Positions 50,613-59,798 of a DNA stretch of 64,000 nt are shown piece by piece. The position numbers and the translations under genes are program-made. The notes below the pieces were generated by a model. It was not told the DNA's origin. It saw only the letters and a program-made list of their open reading frames with translations, and ran no database searches. How positions within the stretch are numbered: the first letter of the stretch is position 1; every line of letters starts with the position of its first letter. This DNA is from an uncultured Actinomycetota bacterium. GTDB lineage: Bacteria > Actinomycetota > Actinomycetes > JAHEKZ01. The stretch lies in assembly GCA_963726755.1 (NCBI GenBank), contig CAVSDB010000001.1, positions 1,407,384 through 1,471,383 of the forward strand, in the 5' to 3' direction.

Positions 50613-53264
50613 TCACGAGCCCAGAGCTTGAGGTTGACTCGTTGACACACTGTGCGGTCGCCCACCCGCTCGGCGAACGCGCCAGCGCCACAGTTCATCG
50701 ACGCCCCAGACGATGACCGGGAATGGCACGACTAATAGGAGGTAGACGGGCGGTAGAGACGCTGTCCCGAACATCCGCTGTAGAAAGGGTAGATAGACCA
50801 ACGCGGCAGTGAAGAGTAGTTCGAATGCGATTGCGCCAATGAGAAGTGGGTTGGTGAACACTCCCACTGTGCGCAGTGACGCCCGCTCAGTTCGCGATGC
50901 AAAGGCGGTTCCGACCTGACAGGCGACGAGACCGACGAACGTCATAGTTGTCGCCTGAACGTACGTCTGGTGCAACGCGGTTCCAACCGAGGTGTCATCG
51001 CCGAGCTGCCACCCTCCGCGCCATAGAACGAAGAAGAATGCGCCCATAACCAGGACGGCAGAAGTCGTACCGAGGATTGCCCACGCCCGGAACAACATGG
51101 AGCCTTGCACCACGTTGGCACTCCGCTGACGCGGCGGTCGCTTCATCAGGCCTGGTTCAGCTGGCTCGCGCCCAAGGGCGAGCGCCGGGAGGGTTTCGGT
51201 GCCGAGGTCGATCGCAAGGATTTGAAGGACCGTCAAAGGCAGCGGGATAGCTCCACCCGACAGCGCGAAGACGAGGAATGGAACGACTTCGGGCACCGCA
51301 TGGGCAAAGATGTACACCAAGAACTTTCGTACGTTGTCGTAGACCTGACGGCCAATCTCGATGGCGGTGACCACTGTCGCGAAGTGGTCATCGGTGAGCA
51401 CCATGGTTGCCGCCTCGCGCGCAACGTCGGTGCCGCTCAAGCCCATGGCCACACCGATATCAGCCGACCGCAGCGCCGGCGCGTCGTTCACACCATCACC
51501 GGTCATGGCCACGACCCGACCTAGTCCGTGCAAGGCCTCAGCGATGCGCAGTTTCGTCTCTGGCGATGAGCGAGCGAAGACCACCTCCCCCGGTTCGGCA
51601 AGGAGTGTCATGAGCGCGCCATCGTCCAAGTCAGTCAACTCAGCACCGGTGAGAATCCGCGGATTTTCACCACCGATACCGACCCGACGCGCGACCGCGG
51701 CGGCGGTTCGCCCGTTGTCGCCAGTGACAACGTGGACAACGATGCCCGCTTCGTGACAAAGCCGAACAGCTTCTTTGACACCCTCGCGAGGTGGATCGAC
51801 AAGTGCGACCAGACCAAGCAGGGTCATCTCACCCTCGACCGAGGGTCTGTCTGACATGTCAGGTGACCAGGTTCGCGTCGCGATGGCCAGCACGCGTAAC
51901 CCGTCGCGGGTCATGACGTCGGTAGCCGCGTCCACTTGGCTGTGCGTCACATCGTCGAGTGTCTGCTCACCATGACTTGTGGCGATTCGGGTGCATAGCG
52001 GAAGGATCGACTCGGGTGCACCCTTGGCGTGGACCATCGTCCGGTCGTCGGCGCTGTCAACGGTGGACATTCGTCGTCGAACAGCGTCGAACCGGTAGAC
52101 GGCTATCCGACCTTGGTCGCGGCGTCCGACATCTACATCTACTCCGCACCTCGTAGCGGCGTTGAAGAGAGCGGTCTCAGTCGGATCTCCACCGAGTTCC
52201 CCTTCGGCCGCTGCAGTCACCGTCGTGCACATTGCGGCGGCCCTGAGCGTCGACGTGAGCAGCGGGGACAATTCAGCCGACTCGACGTTGAGGTCCGTCG
52301 GTCCATCGATGGTCCAGGCCTGAACAGCGCGCATCCTGTTGGTCGTCAGGGTGCCTGTCTTGTCGGTGCAGATCACGTTGGTGGATCCAAGGGTCTCGAC
52401 CGCGCTCAACCGCTTCACGAGCGCGTTCTTGCGGGCGAGGATGCTCACCCCTGTGGCGAGCGCCAGCGTGATGGTCGGGAGCAGGCCTTCGGGCACATTC
52501 GCCACAAGCAACCCGACCGCGAAGAGAAATGCCTGCTGAAGCGACAGACCCGCGACGAGACCGAGGGGAAGGAACAGCACACCGACGCCGAGCGCCACTC
52601 CGGCAATCAGCCACGCCACCCGCTTGACCTGCTTCTCGAGGGGGCTCGGTCGGTTCTTGATCCCGCCGGTGAGCGAGGCGACGCGACCCAATTCGGTAGC
52701 TGCCCCGGTGGCCGTGACGACAGCCCTGGCGCTCCCGTCGACACACGCGCTGCCACTGCGCACTTCGCGAGTCAGGGGGTCATCCGCAGCCCGCACGACA
52801 GGGAGCGACTCCCCAGTGAGGGTTGACAGGTCCACGTCGATTGCTCCGACAACAAGTTCACCATCAGCGGAGATGCGGTCACCCTCATCAATCAAAAGAA
52901 GGTCTCCGGGAACCAGCGTCGATGAAGGCACCGTCTTGACCGAGCCGCCGCGGACGACCCTAGAGTTCGCAGGCATGTACCTCCGCAACTCCTCGATCGC
53001 ATGTTGCGCCTGGGCCTCCTGAAAGAACGAAAAGGCAGCGTTCAGCAGAATCACAGCGAGAATGGCGCACGTGAGTATCGCCGTACCAGCGACCATGGCT
53101 AGAACCGCTGCAACCCACAGGAGCAATGCGAGGGGGTGGGTGAACTGGTCGGCGAGATCACGCGACCAGTGGCGGTGGCTACCTACTGGAAGTTCGTTCG
53201 GACCATGCACGGCGAGGAGCCGTTCAGCCTCCTCATCGGTCAGGCCGATGGGCTCTCTCGTCAC
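50613..53264 (-). CDS. Type II cation-transporting P-type ATPase
   Basis: Motifs LTGES, VANVPEGL, CTDKTGTLT, KGAPE, VTGDN, TGDGVNDAPAL, ILAIDLGTE. Confidence 0.92.
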   Translation of the reverse strand: MTREPIGLTDEEAERLLAVHGPNELPVGSHRHWSRDLADQFTHPLALLLWVAAVLAMVAGTAILTCAILAVILLNAAFSFFQEAQAQHAIEELRRYMPANSRVVRGGSVKTVPSSTLVPGDLLLIDEGDRISADGELVVGAIDVDLSTLTGESLPVVRAADDPLTREVRSGSACVDGSARAVVTATGAATELGRVASLTGGIKNRPSPLEKQVKRVAWLIAGVALGVGVLFLPLGLVAGLSLQQAFLFAVGLLVANVPEGLLPTITLALATGVSILARKNALVKRLSAVETLGSTNVICTDKTGTLTTNRMRAVQAWTIDGPTDLNVESAELSPLLTSTLRAAAMCTTVTAAAEGELGGDPTETALFNAATRCGVDVDVGRRDQGRIAVYRFDAVRRRMSTVDSADDRTMVHAKGAPESILPLCTRIATSHGEQTLDDVTHSQVDAATDVMTRDGLRVLAIATRTWSPDMSDRPSVEGEMTLLGLVALVDPPREGVKEAVRLCHEAGIVVHVVTGDNGRTAAAVARRVGIGGENPRILTGAELTDLDDGALMTLLAEPGEVVFARSSPETKLRIAEALHGLGRVVAMTGDGVNDAPALRSADIGVAMGLSGTDVAREAATMVLTDDHFATVVTAIEIGRQVYDNVRKFLVYIFAHAVPEVVPFLVFALSGGAIPLPLTVLQILAIDLGTETLPALALGREPAEPGLMKRPPRQRSANVVQGSMLFRAWAILGTTSAVLVMGAFFFVLWRGGWQLGDDTSVGTALHQTYVQATTMTFVGLVACQVGTAFASRTERASLRTVGVFTNPLLIGAIAFELLFTAALVYLPFLQRMFGTASLPPVYLLLVVPFPVIVWGVDELWRWRVRRAGGRPHSVSTSQPQALGS

Positions 53265-53279
53265 AGAGGAGTAAAACAG

Positions 53280-53483
53280 CTAGTCGAGCGCATGCTGCCG
53301 TAGGAGGTTCCTCACGTGACTGATCACGAGAAGCGGCACGAAGTCGCGGATAGTCGCGTCGTCGAACGTCGTGCGTTCGCGCTGGATAGCCTCGCGAACA
53401 GTTTGCGCTGGCACCTTCGGGTACTCCTTGCGCAATTCCGATTCGGCAAGTGCGAGATGGCGAACTTCTTCGTCAGTTGTCAT
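53280..53483 (-). CDS. Small three-helix-bundle protein (DUF3562-like)
   Basis: FDDATIRDFVPLLV motif; 67 aa, immediately upstream of the ATPase. Confidence 0.7.
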   Translation of the reverse strand: MTTDEEVRHLALAESELRKEYPKVPAQTVREAIQRERTTFDDATIRDFVPLLVISHVRNLLRQHALD

Positions 53484-53547
53484 GTCAGTCCTGGCACCTC
53501 CGACGACCACGTGAACTCAGCCTCCCGGGAGGCTCGACGTCCTGACA

Positions 53548-53561
53548 AGGACAGAAGTCCC
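53548..53561. promoter_or_regulatory. DosR/DevR-like box
   Basis: AGGACAGAAGTCCC, 11/14 to GGGACTWWAGTCCC. Confidence 0.5.
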
Positions 53562-53615
53562 TGAATCTCAGCTCGCTGCCGCGAGAGAGGCGATCGGGGT
53601 TCAACTTCGCGGCGA

Positions 53616-53631
53616 TGTGACCTAGATCGCG
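53616..53631. promoter_or_regulatory. CRP/GlxR-like site
   Basis: TGTGA-CCTAGA-TCGCG, 8/10 to TGTGA-N6-TCACA. Confidence 0.4.
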
Positions 53632-53638
53632 CCGGATG

Positions 53639-53652
53639 GGGACTTAAGGCCC
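53639..53652. promoter_or_regulatory. DosR/DevR-like box upstream of cydA
   Basis: GGGACTTAAGGCCC, 13/14 to GGGACTWWAGTCCC. Confidence 0.6.
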
Positions 53653-53717
53653 TAGTCGGTGAGCGTCCGAACCTCGAGAGTGGATCCGCCTTATGGGCCA
53701 CGACGAGAGGACGCCCG

Positions 53718-55129
53718 TTGAATGCGTTGGACCTGGCCCGGTGGCAGTTCGCCATAACCACGATCTACCACTTCCTCATGGTGCCGATCACGCTCGGCCT
53801 TTCCATGCTGGTCGCAGGTTTTCAAACCGCCTGGTACCGGACCGGAAAGGATGCCTACCTTCGCGCGACGAAGTTCTGGGGGAAGTTGTTCCTTATCAAC
53901 TTCGCCATGGGCGTGGTGACCGGAATCGTTCAGGAGTTCCAGTTCGGCATGAACTGGAGCGAGTACTCCCGATACGTGGGCGACATCTTCGGTGCGCCGC
54001 TGGCGATGGAGGGACTGATCGCCTTCTTCCTCGAGTCGACCTTCCTAGGGCTCTGGATCTTTGGCTGGGACCGGCTGCCCAAGAAGGTGCATCTGGCCAC
54101 CATCTGGATAGCAGCAATCGGTACGAGCCTGTCTGCCTACTTCATCTTGGCCGCGAACTCCTGGATGCAGCACCCAGTGGGCTATTCGGTGAACCCGGAT
54201 ACCGGCCGTGCCGAGTTGAACGACATTGGTGCCGTACTCACCAACAGCACCGCGCTCGTGACCTTCCCCCACACCATGGCCGGTGCGTTCATGACGGCCG
54301 GTGCTTTCATGCTCGGCATCGCCGCCTTCTACATCGTGCGCAACAAACACGAATCCGTGATGCGGCCATCCTTGAAGGTCGGCGCCATCACGGTACTGGT
54401 CGCCGGAGCCTTCGTAGCCGTCACTGGGCACTTCCAAGCCCAGGTGATGACCGAGCAGCAGCCCATGAAGATGGCGGCAGCAGAGGCAGTATGGGACAGC
54501 CAGAGCAACGTGGGATTCAGCCTCTTCACCATCGGCAGCCTGGACGGCCGAGAGGAAGTCTTCTCGATCCGGATTCCTGGTCTGACGTCGTTCCTGGCCA
54601 CCAACTCCTTCGACGGAAAGGTCGAGGGCCTCAACGACGTCCAAGCAGACTTGGAGAATCAGTTCGGCCCAACTGACTACACACCAAACATTCCAGTGAC
54701 GTACTGGTCCTTCCGGCTGATGATCGGCGCGGGCGCGCTAGCGGCGCTCTTTGCGGCGCTCGCCCTTGTGGTTGACGCGCCGAGGACGTTCGCCGACTTC
54801 ACCGTGGTTCGCCCGCGTTGGGATCGCCGTGATCTTCCTGCCCTTGCTGGCGAACTCGTTCGGCTGGATTTTCACCGAGATGGGTCGCCAGCCCTGGGTG
54901 GTCTACGGCTTGCTCTTGACGGCAAACGGTGTCTCGTTGGCGGTGTCGAGTACCGAGGTGTGGATCTCGATGATCACGCTCACCTTGCTCTACGGCGGGC
55001 TGGCCGTCGTGGAGTTCGGCCTTGCTGCGAAAGTCCGTACTGGCCGGACCCCCTGACATCACGACAGCCGAGGTCGACCAGGCCTACGACGACCGTGATT
55101 CCGATACCCCCATGACGTTCGCGTACTGA
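53718..55129 (+). CDS. cydA: Cytochrome bd ubiquinol oxidase subunit I (frameshifts near 54765 and 55030-55060)
   Basis: Motifs LARWQFA..H, GVVTGIVQEFQFGMNWS, FFLESTF, ANSWMQHP, QPMKMAAAE; GWIFTEMGRQPW follows in the next frame; ends MTFAY*. Confidence 0.92.
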
Positions 55130-55142
55130 CCGGAGACCTGCC

Positions 55143-56171
55143 ATGGAATTCACCACCGTCTGGTTCGTTCTCATCGCCGTCCTCTGGATTGGCTACTTCT
55201 TCCTCGAAGGTTTCGACTTCGGGGTGGGTGTGCTGCTCCCGTTCGTCGGTCGGACAGAAACCGATCGTCGCGTCATGATCAACACGATTGGACCGGTCTG
55301 GGACGGCAATGAGGTTTGGCTCCTGGTCGCCGGCGGGGCGACGTTCGCAGCGTTCCCCGAGTGGTACGCGACGCTGTTCAGCGGCTTCTATCTCCCTCTG
55401 CTGCTGATTCTGGTTGCCCTGATCATTCGAGGTGTGGCCTTTGAGTACAGGGGCAAGCACGACTCTGCGACGTGGCGGTCACGATGGGACGCAGCCATCT
55501 TCGTGGGATCCCTTGTTCCCGCATTGCTGTGGGGAGTCGCGTTCGCCAACATCGTTCATGGCGTGCCGATAAACGCGGAGGGCACGTACACCGGCGGGTT
55601 CTTCAACCTTCTCAACGGGTACGCATTGCTCGGAGGCGTGGTGACCTTGGGGCTGTTCACCACACATGGCGCGATGTTCCTCGCCCTGAAAACCACTGGC
55701 CCAGTACGTGAGCGCGCCCACCGACTCGTCGGTGGGATCGGTCTTGCCACTGCCGTGGTCGCCGTGGCGTTCTTGTTGTGGACACTGTTCGACGACGGCA
55801 AGCCCGCAGCCTGGATCACCGCGGCCATCGCAGCGGTCTGTCTGCTGGCTGCTCTTGGTGCTGACCGCGCACAACGCGAGGGATGGGCATTCATCTTGAC
55901 CGGAGTCACGATCGCCATGGCGGTAGTGACGTTGTTCGTCGTGCTCTTCCCCGACGTCATGGTCAGTTCGACGAACCCGGCGTACAGCCTGACCGTCGAC
56001 AACGCCTCATCGACCGACTACACCCTCAAGGTGATGACCTGGGTAGCGGTCATCATGACGCCGATCGTGCTGGTCTACCAGAGTTGGACATTCTGGGTGT
56101 TTCGCAAGCGAGTCGGACCGGAGCAGTTGCCGCCAGCCCGGGTGGCGGTTGATGCAGGCACGGACGCCTGA
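55143..56171 (+). CDS. cydB: Cytochrome bd ubiquinol oxidase subunit II
   Basis: Motifs LEGFDFGVG, IGPVWDGNEVWL, FAAFP, RGVAFEYR, YQSWTFWVFRKR. Confidence 0.94.
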   Translation: MEFTTVWFVLIAVLWIGYFFLEGFDFGVGVLLPFVGRTETDRRVMINTIGPVWDGNEVWLLVAGGATFAAFPEWYATLFSGFYLPLLLILVALIIRGVAFEYRGKHDSATWRSRWDAAIFVGSLVPALLWGVAFANIVHGVPINAEGTYTGGFFNLLNGYALLGGVVTLGLFTTHGAMFLALKTTGPVRERAHRLVGGIGLATAVVAVAFLLWTLFDDGKPAAWITAAIAAVCLLAALGADRAQREGWAFILTGVTIAMAVVTLFVVLFPDVMVSSTNPAYSLTVDNASSTDYTLKVMTWVAVIMTPIVLVYQSWTFWVFRKRVGPEQLPPARVAVDAGTDA

Positions 56172-56224
56172 GCCAACCCCGCACCTGACAGCACGCAACT
56201 GGGTCGAACAGACAGACTGTTGCC

Positions 56225-58008
56225 GTGCCGCCACTTGATCCACGCCTGCTCGCCTCCGCCAAGTCGGCTCGGGTCTATCTCACGATTACCGTGGTGCTCG
56301 GCACGGCGTCCGCTTTTCTCGTCGTCGCCTTCTCGTACCTGCTCGCCCGGATCATCACCGATGCTTTCCAACAGGACGATGGCTTCTCCGATCTCGGACC
56401 TTTGCTCGGTTGGCTAGTGGTCGTCGTGCTCTCTCGTGTCGCCTTCTCGTACCTGCTAGCGCGAATCATCAGCAATGCTTTCCAACAGGACGAAGGCTTC
56501 TCCGATCTCGGACCTTTGCTCGGTTGGCTGGTGGTCGTCGTACTGCTGCGATCGGTGGTGGGGTACCTCCAAGAAGGTGTCGCAGCTCGCTCCAGCGCTG
56601 GCGTGAAGCACGAGTTTCGCGTACTGCTTCTCGCCAAGGTTTCTGCACTAGGACCGGTGTGGCTATCTGGGCAGCGGCGAAGTGACTTAGTGCTCTTGAT
56701 GGGGCGCGGGTTGGACGCTCTCGACAACTACTTCGCGCGTTACCTGCCACAGCTGGTCTTGAGTGTCATCGTCCCGATCGTGGTGATCTCGGTGATGTTC
56801 ACCCAGGACTGGCTTTCGGCCCTCATCGTGCTTCTCACGCTGCCGTTGATCCCGGTGTTCATGGTGCTGATCGGGTGGACGACCCAGCGAGCTCAGGAGC
56901 GGCAATGGCACTCGCTGACACTGCTCGCGGGACACTTCCTTGACGTGGTCCGAGGTCTCCCCACGCTTAAGGTGTTCGGCCGGGCGAAGGCCCAAGGTCG
57001 ACTCGATACGTGCGGTCAGCGACGAGTATCGCGTCCGCACCATGAAGGTTCTGCGAATCTCGTTTCTGTCATCTCTGGCTTTGGAGTTGTTAGCGACACT
57101 GTCGGTCGCAATTGTTGCGGTCGAGATCGGCATCAGGTTGGTCAACGGCTCGCTGACGTTGTTCGTTGGGCTCTTCGTCCTCCTACTGGCACCTGAGGCT
57201 TACCTACCGTTGCGACTTGTCGGACAACATTTCCACGCCAGCCAGGAGGGCGTTACCGCCGTGGCGTCGGTGTTCGCGGTGCTCGACACCGACGAACCCG
57301 ATCACGCTGGACGGACGTCAGTCGACCTGCGCCAGGCGACGCTGGAAATGTCCGACGTGGTCGTGCGGTATCCGGGCCGAGACCAGGTCGCGATGCAGGC
57401 ATCACTTCAGATTCGCCCCGGCGAACTGGTCGCAGTGGTTGGCCCAAGCGGCTGCGGGAAGTCGACGCTGCTGATGCTGCTTGCCGGGCTGGTCGATCCG
57501 GATGACGGGACACTCACCGTCACCGAAAGCGGAGAACGAAGTGCCGTGGCAAGCGATCGACGTCGACCAGTGGCGTCGACAGATCGCCTGGGTCCCCCAG
57601 CGGCCGGCGTTCGTGGCTGGATCTGTCGCTGACAACCTACGCCTCGTCGTTCCCGAGGCCACGGATGAACAGCTCCGCCGCGCGTTGGCCGCAGTCGGCG
57701 CCGAATTCGTCCTGGAACATCCGGACAGCATCAACTGGCAGCTCGGCGAAAGCGGTCGCGGTATGAGCGCCGGACAACGACAACGAGTCGCACTAGCTCG
57801 AGCCCTTCTTCGAAACCCTTCCCTGGTGCTGCTTGACGAGCCAACAGCCAGCCTGGACGGACCGAGTGAGCGAGCAGCGGTCGACGCCATTCGGGCAATA
57901 GCGCAAGACCGAACGGTGATCGTGGTCGCCCATCGCCAGCCCCTGATCGACATGGCCGATCGGGTGCTCGTCATGTCTGCTCCGCACCAGGAGGTGGAGG
58001 TCTCGTGA
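56225..58008 (+). CDS. cydD: CydD ABC exporter subunit (internal duplication, two frameshifts)
   Basis: Motifs [76 protein letters not shown]. Confidence 0.9.
56324..56551 (+). repeat. 114-bp (38-codon) tandem duplication inside cydD
   Basis: [38 protein letters not shown] followed by [38 protein letters not shown]; units start at 56324 and 56438. Confidence 0.92.
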
Positions 58009-59744
58009 GTGACCTGCGTCGGCTCTGGGCCTACGGCGATGACGTCCGTGGACGACTGATCGCGGCGCTCTTTCTTAGTGTCTGTGCTAGCGGCGCCGCT
58101 ATCGGGCTCACTGCAACAGCCGCCTTCTTGATTTCCAAGGCGTCGTTGCAGCCGCCGATCCTGACGTTGAGCGTCGCCATCGTGGCGGTACGTTTCTTCG
58201 GCATCAGCCGGGGTGTCGCACGCTATGCCGAAAGGCTCGTCGGTCACAACGCGGCGTTCGGCGTCCTGACCTCGTTGCGCGTGGCGGTCTACCGCCAGTT
58301 GGAACGTCTTGCTCCGTCCGCTGTTCCGCTCTACCGATCCGGGGACGTACTCAGCCGTTTCGTCAATGACGTGGAGACGAGCCAAGAACTCTTCTTGCGA
58401 GTGATCCCTCCGTATGTGACTGCGGTGGTGCTCGGGGTCGCAACGTCAATCTTTGTTGCCTGGCTGCTCCCGATTGCCGGACTGATCTGTGGAGTCGGCC
58501 TGCTGACCGCAGCGCTTGTCGTGCCAGCACTCGCGGTGACTGCGTCGCGTCGAGCCGAGTCGTCAGTTGCCGGCGAGCGTTCGGCGCTGTCCGCGCAGAC
58601 TCTTCAACTGCTCGACGCACTTCCCGAACTGTTGGTCGCAGACACTTCTCAGGTCGAACAGGTGAAAGTCGGAGCCGTTGCCACCGCACTTCGCACCACG
58701 GAGGACCGACTGGCCCGTGGGCGCGGAGTCGGATCTGGTCTTGCGATTCTTATCCTCGGTGCGACGGTCCTCGGTTGCCTGGTCGTCGGTGTTGATGCCG
58801 TAAACAACGGCCGGCTTGACGGTGTACTGCTGGCTGTCGTCGTCCTCACTCCTCTAGCAGCATTCGATCTGACAGCTCCCCTTCCGTCGGCGTACCAGCA
58901 GTGGCTCACCGTGAAAGGTTCGGCGCAACGAACCTTCGAAATCATCGACAGCCAACCGTGCGTACCCGAGCCTGCATCGCCTGCACCGGTGCCGACCACC
59001 CCCCTCGTCATCGATCTCGAGAACGTCGACGTTCTATGGCCAGGTGCGACCAGTCCAGCCTTGCACGATGTCTGCGTTACATTCCGGTCCGGACAGCGCA
59101 CCGCCATCGTGGGTCCCAGCGGTTCAGGCAAGTCAACGCTCGCTGCCCTACTGCTGGGCTTCCTGCAACCCGCGTCAGGATCGGTCAAGTGGAACGGCAC
59201 CGACGCTCGGCAGTTCAGTACAGATGACATTCGCACCCTGATCGGCCTTCTCACGCAGGATGGGTACGTGTTCGACTCGACGATCGAAGAGAACCTCCGC
59301 ATCGCTAAGCGTGATGCAACGACTGAGCAGCTAAACCACGTGCTAGCAGATGCCCGGATCCTCGACTGGGTCAGCCAACTCCCGGAAGGACTTAAGAGCA
59401 GCGTAGGTGAGCACGGCACGTTGATGTCTGGAGGTCAGCGACAGCGGTTGTGTCTGGCCCGATTGCTGCTCGCTAACTTCAGCATCACTGTGTTCGACGA
59501 GCCCGGTGAGCACCTCGACACGGAGACGGCCGACGCACTTACGGCCGACCTGATCGCTTTGACGGACGACAGAACGGTAGTACTGATCACCCATCGGCTG
59601 ACCGGGCTGGAGTCGGTTGACCAGATCCTCGTTCTCGATCAAGGCCGAGTAACCGAGAGCGGTACGCATCAACAACTCGTCGCCCTAGAGGGTTGGTACG
59701 CCACGAACTGGCATCACGAGACGGCGTTTTCTAGCTCACGCTGA
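58005..59744 (+). CDS. cydC: CydC ABC exporter subunit
   Basis: Motifs VAVRFFGISRGVARYAERLVGH, GPSGSGKST, SGGQRQR, FDEP. Confidence 0.92.
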   Translation: MSDLRRLWAYGDDVRGRLIAALFLSVCASGAAIGLTATAAFLISKASLQPPILTLSVAIVAVRFFGISRGVARYAERLVGHNAAFGVLTSLRVAVYRQLERLAPSAVPLYRSGDVLSRFVNDVETSQELFLRVIPPYVTAVVLGVATSIFVAWLLPIAGLICGVGLLTAALVVPALAVTASRRAESSVAGERSALSAQTLQLLDALPELLVADTSQVEQVKVGAVATALRTTEDRLARGRGVGSGLAILILGATVLGCLVVGVDAVNNGRLDGVLLAVVVLTPLAAFDLTAPLPSAYQQWLTVKGSAQRTFEIIDSQPCVPEPASPAPVPTTPLVIDLENVDVLWPGATSPALHDVCVTFRSGQRTAIVGPSGSGKSTLAALLLGFLQPASGSVKWNGTDARQFSTDDIRTLIGLLTQDGYVFDSTIEENLRIAKRDATTEQLNHVLADARILDWVSQLPEGLKSSVGEHGTLMSGGQRQRLCLARLLLANFSITVFDEPGEHLDTETADALTADLIALTDDRTVVLITHRLTGLESVDQILVLDQGRVTESGTHQQLVALEGWYATNWHHETAFSSSR

Positions 59745-59798
59745 CATTGAACGCCGTCACCCCGGACACCCCGGGCTGCATCAGCCAGGTGTGCCTCG

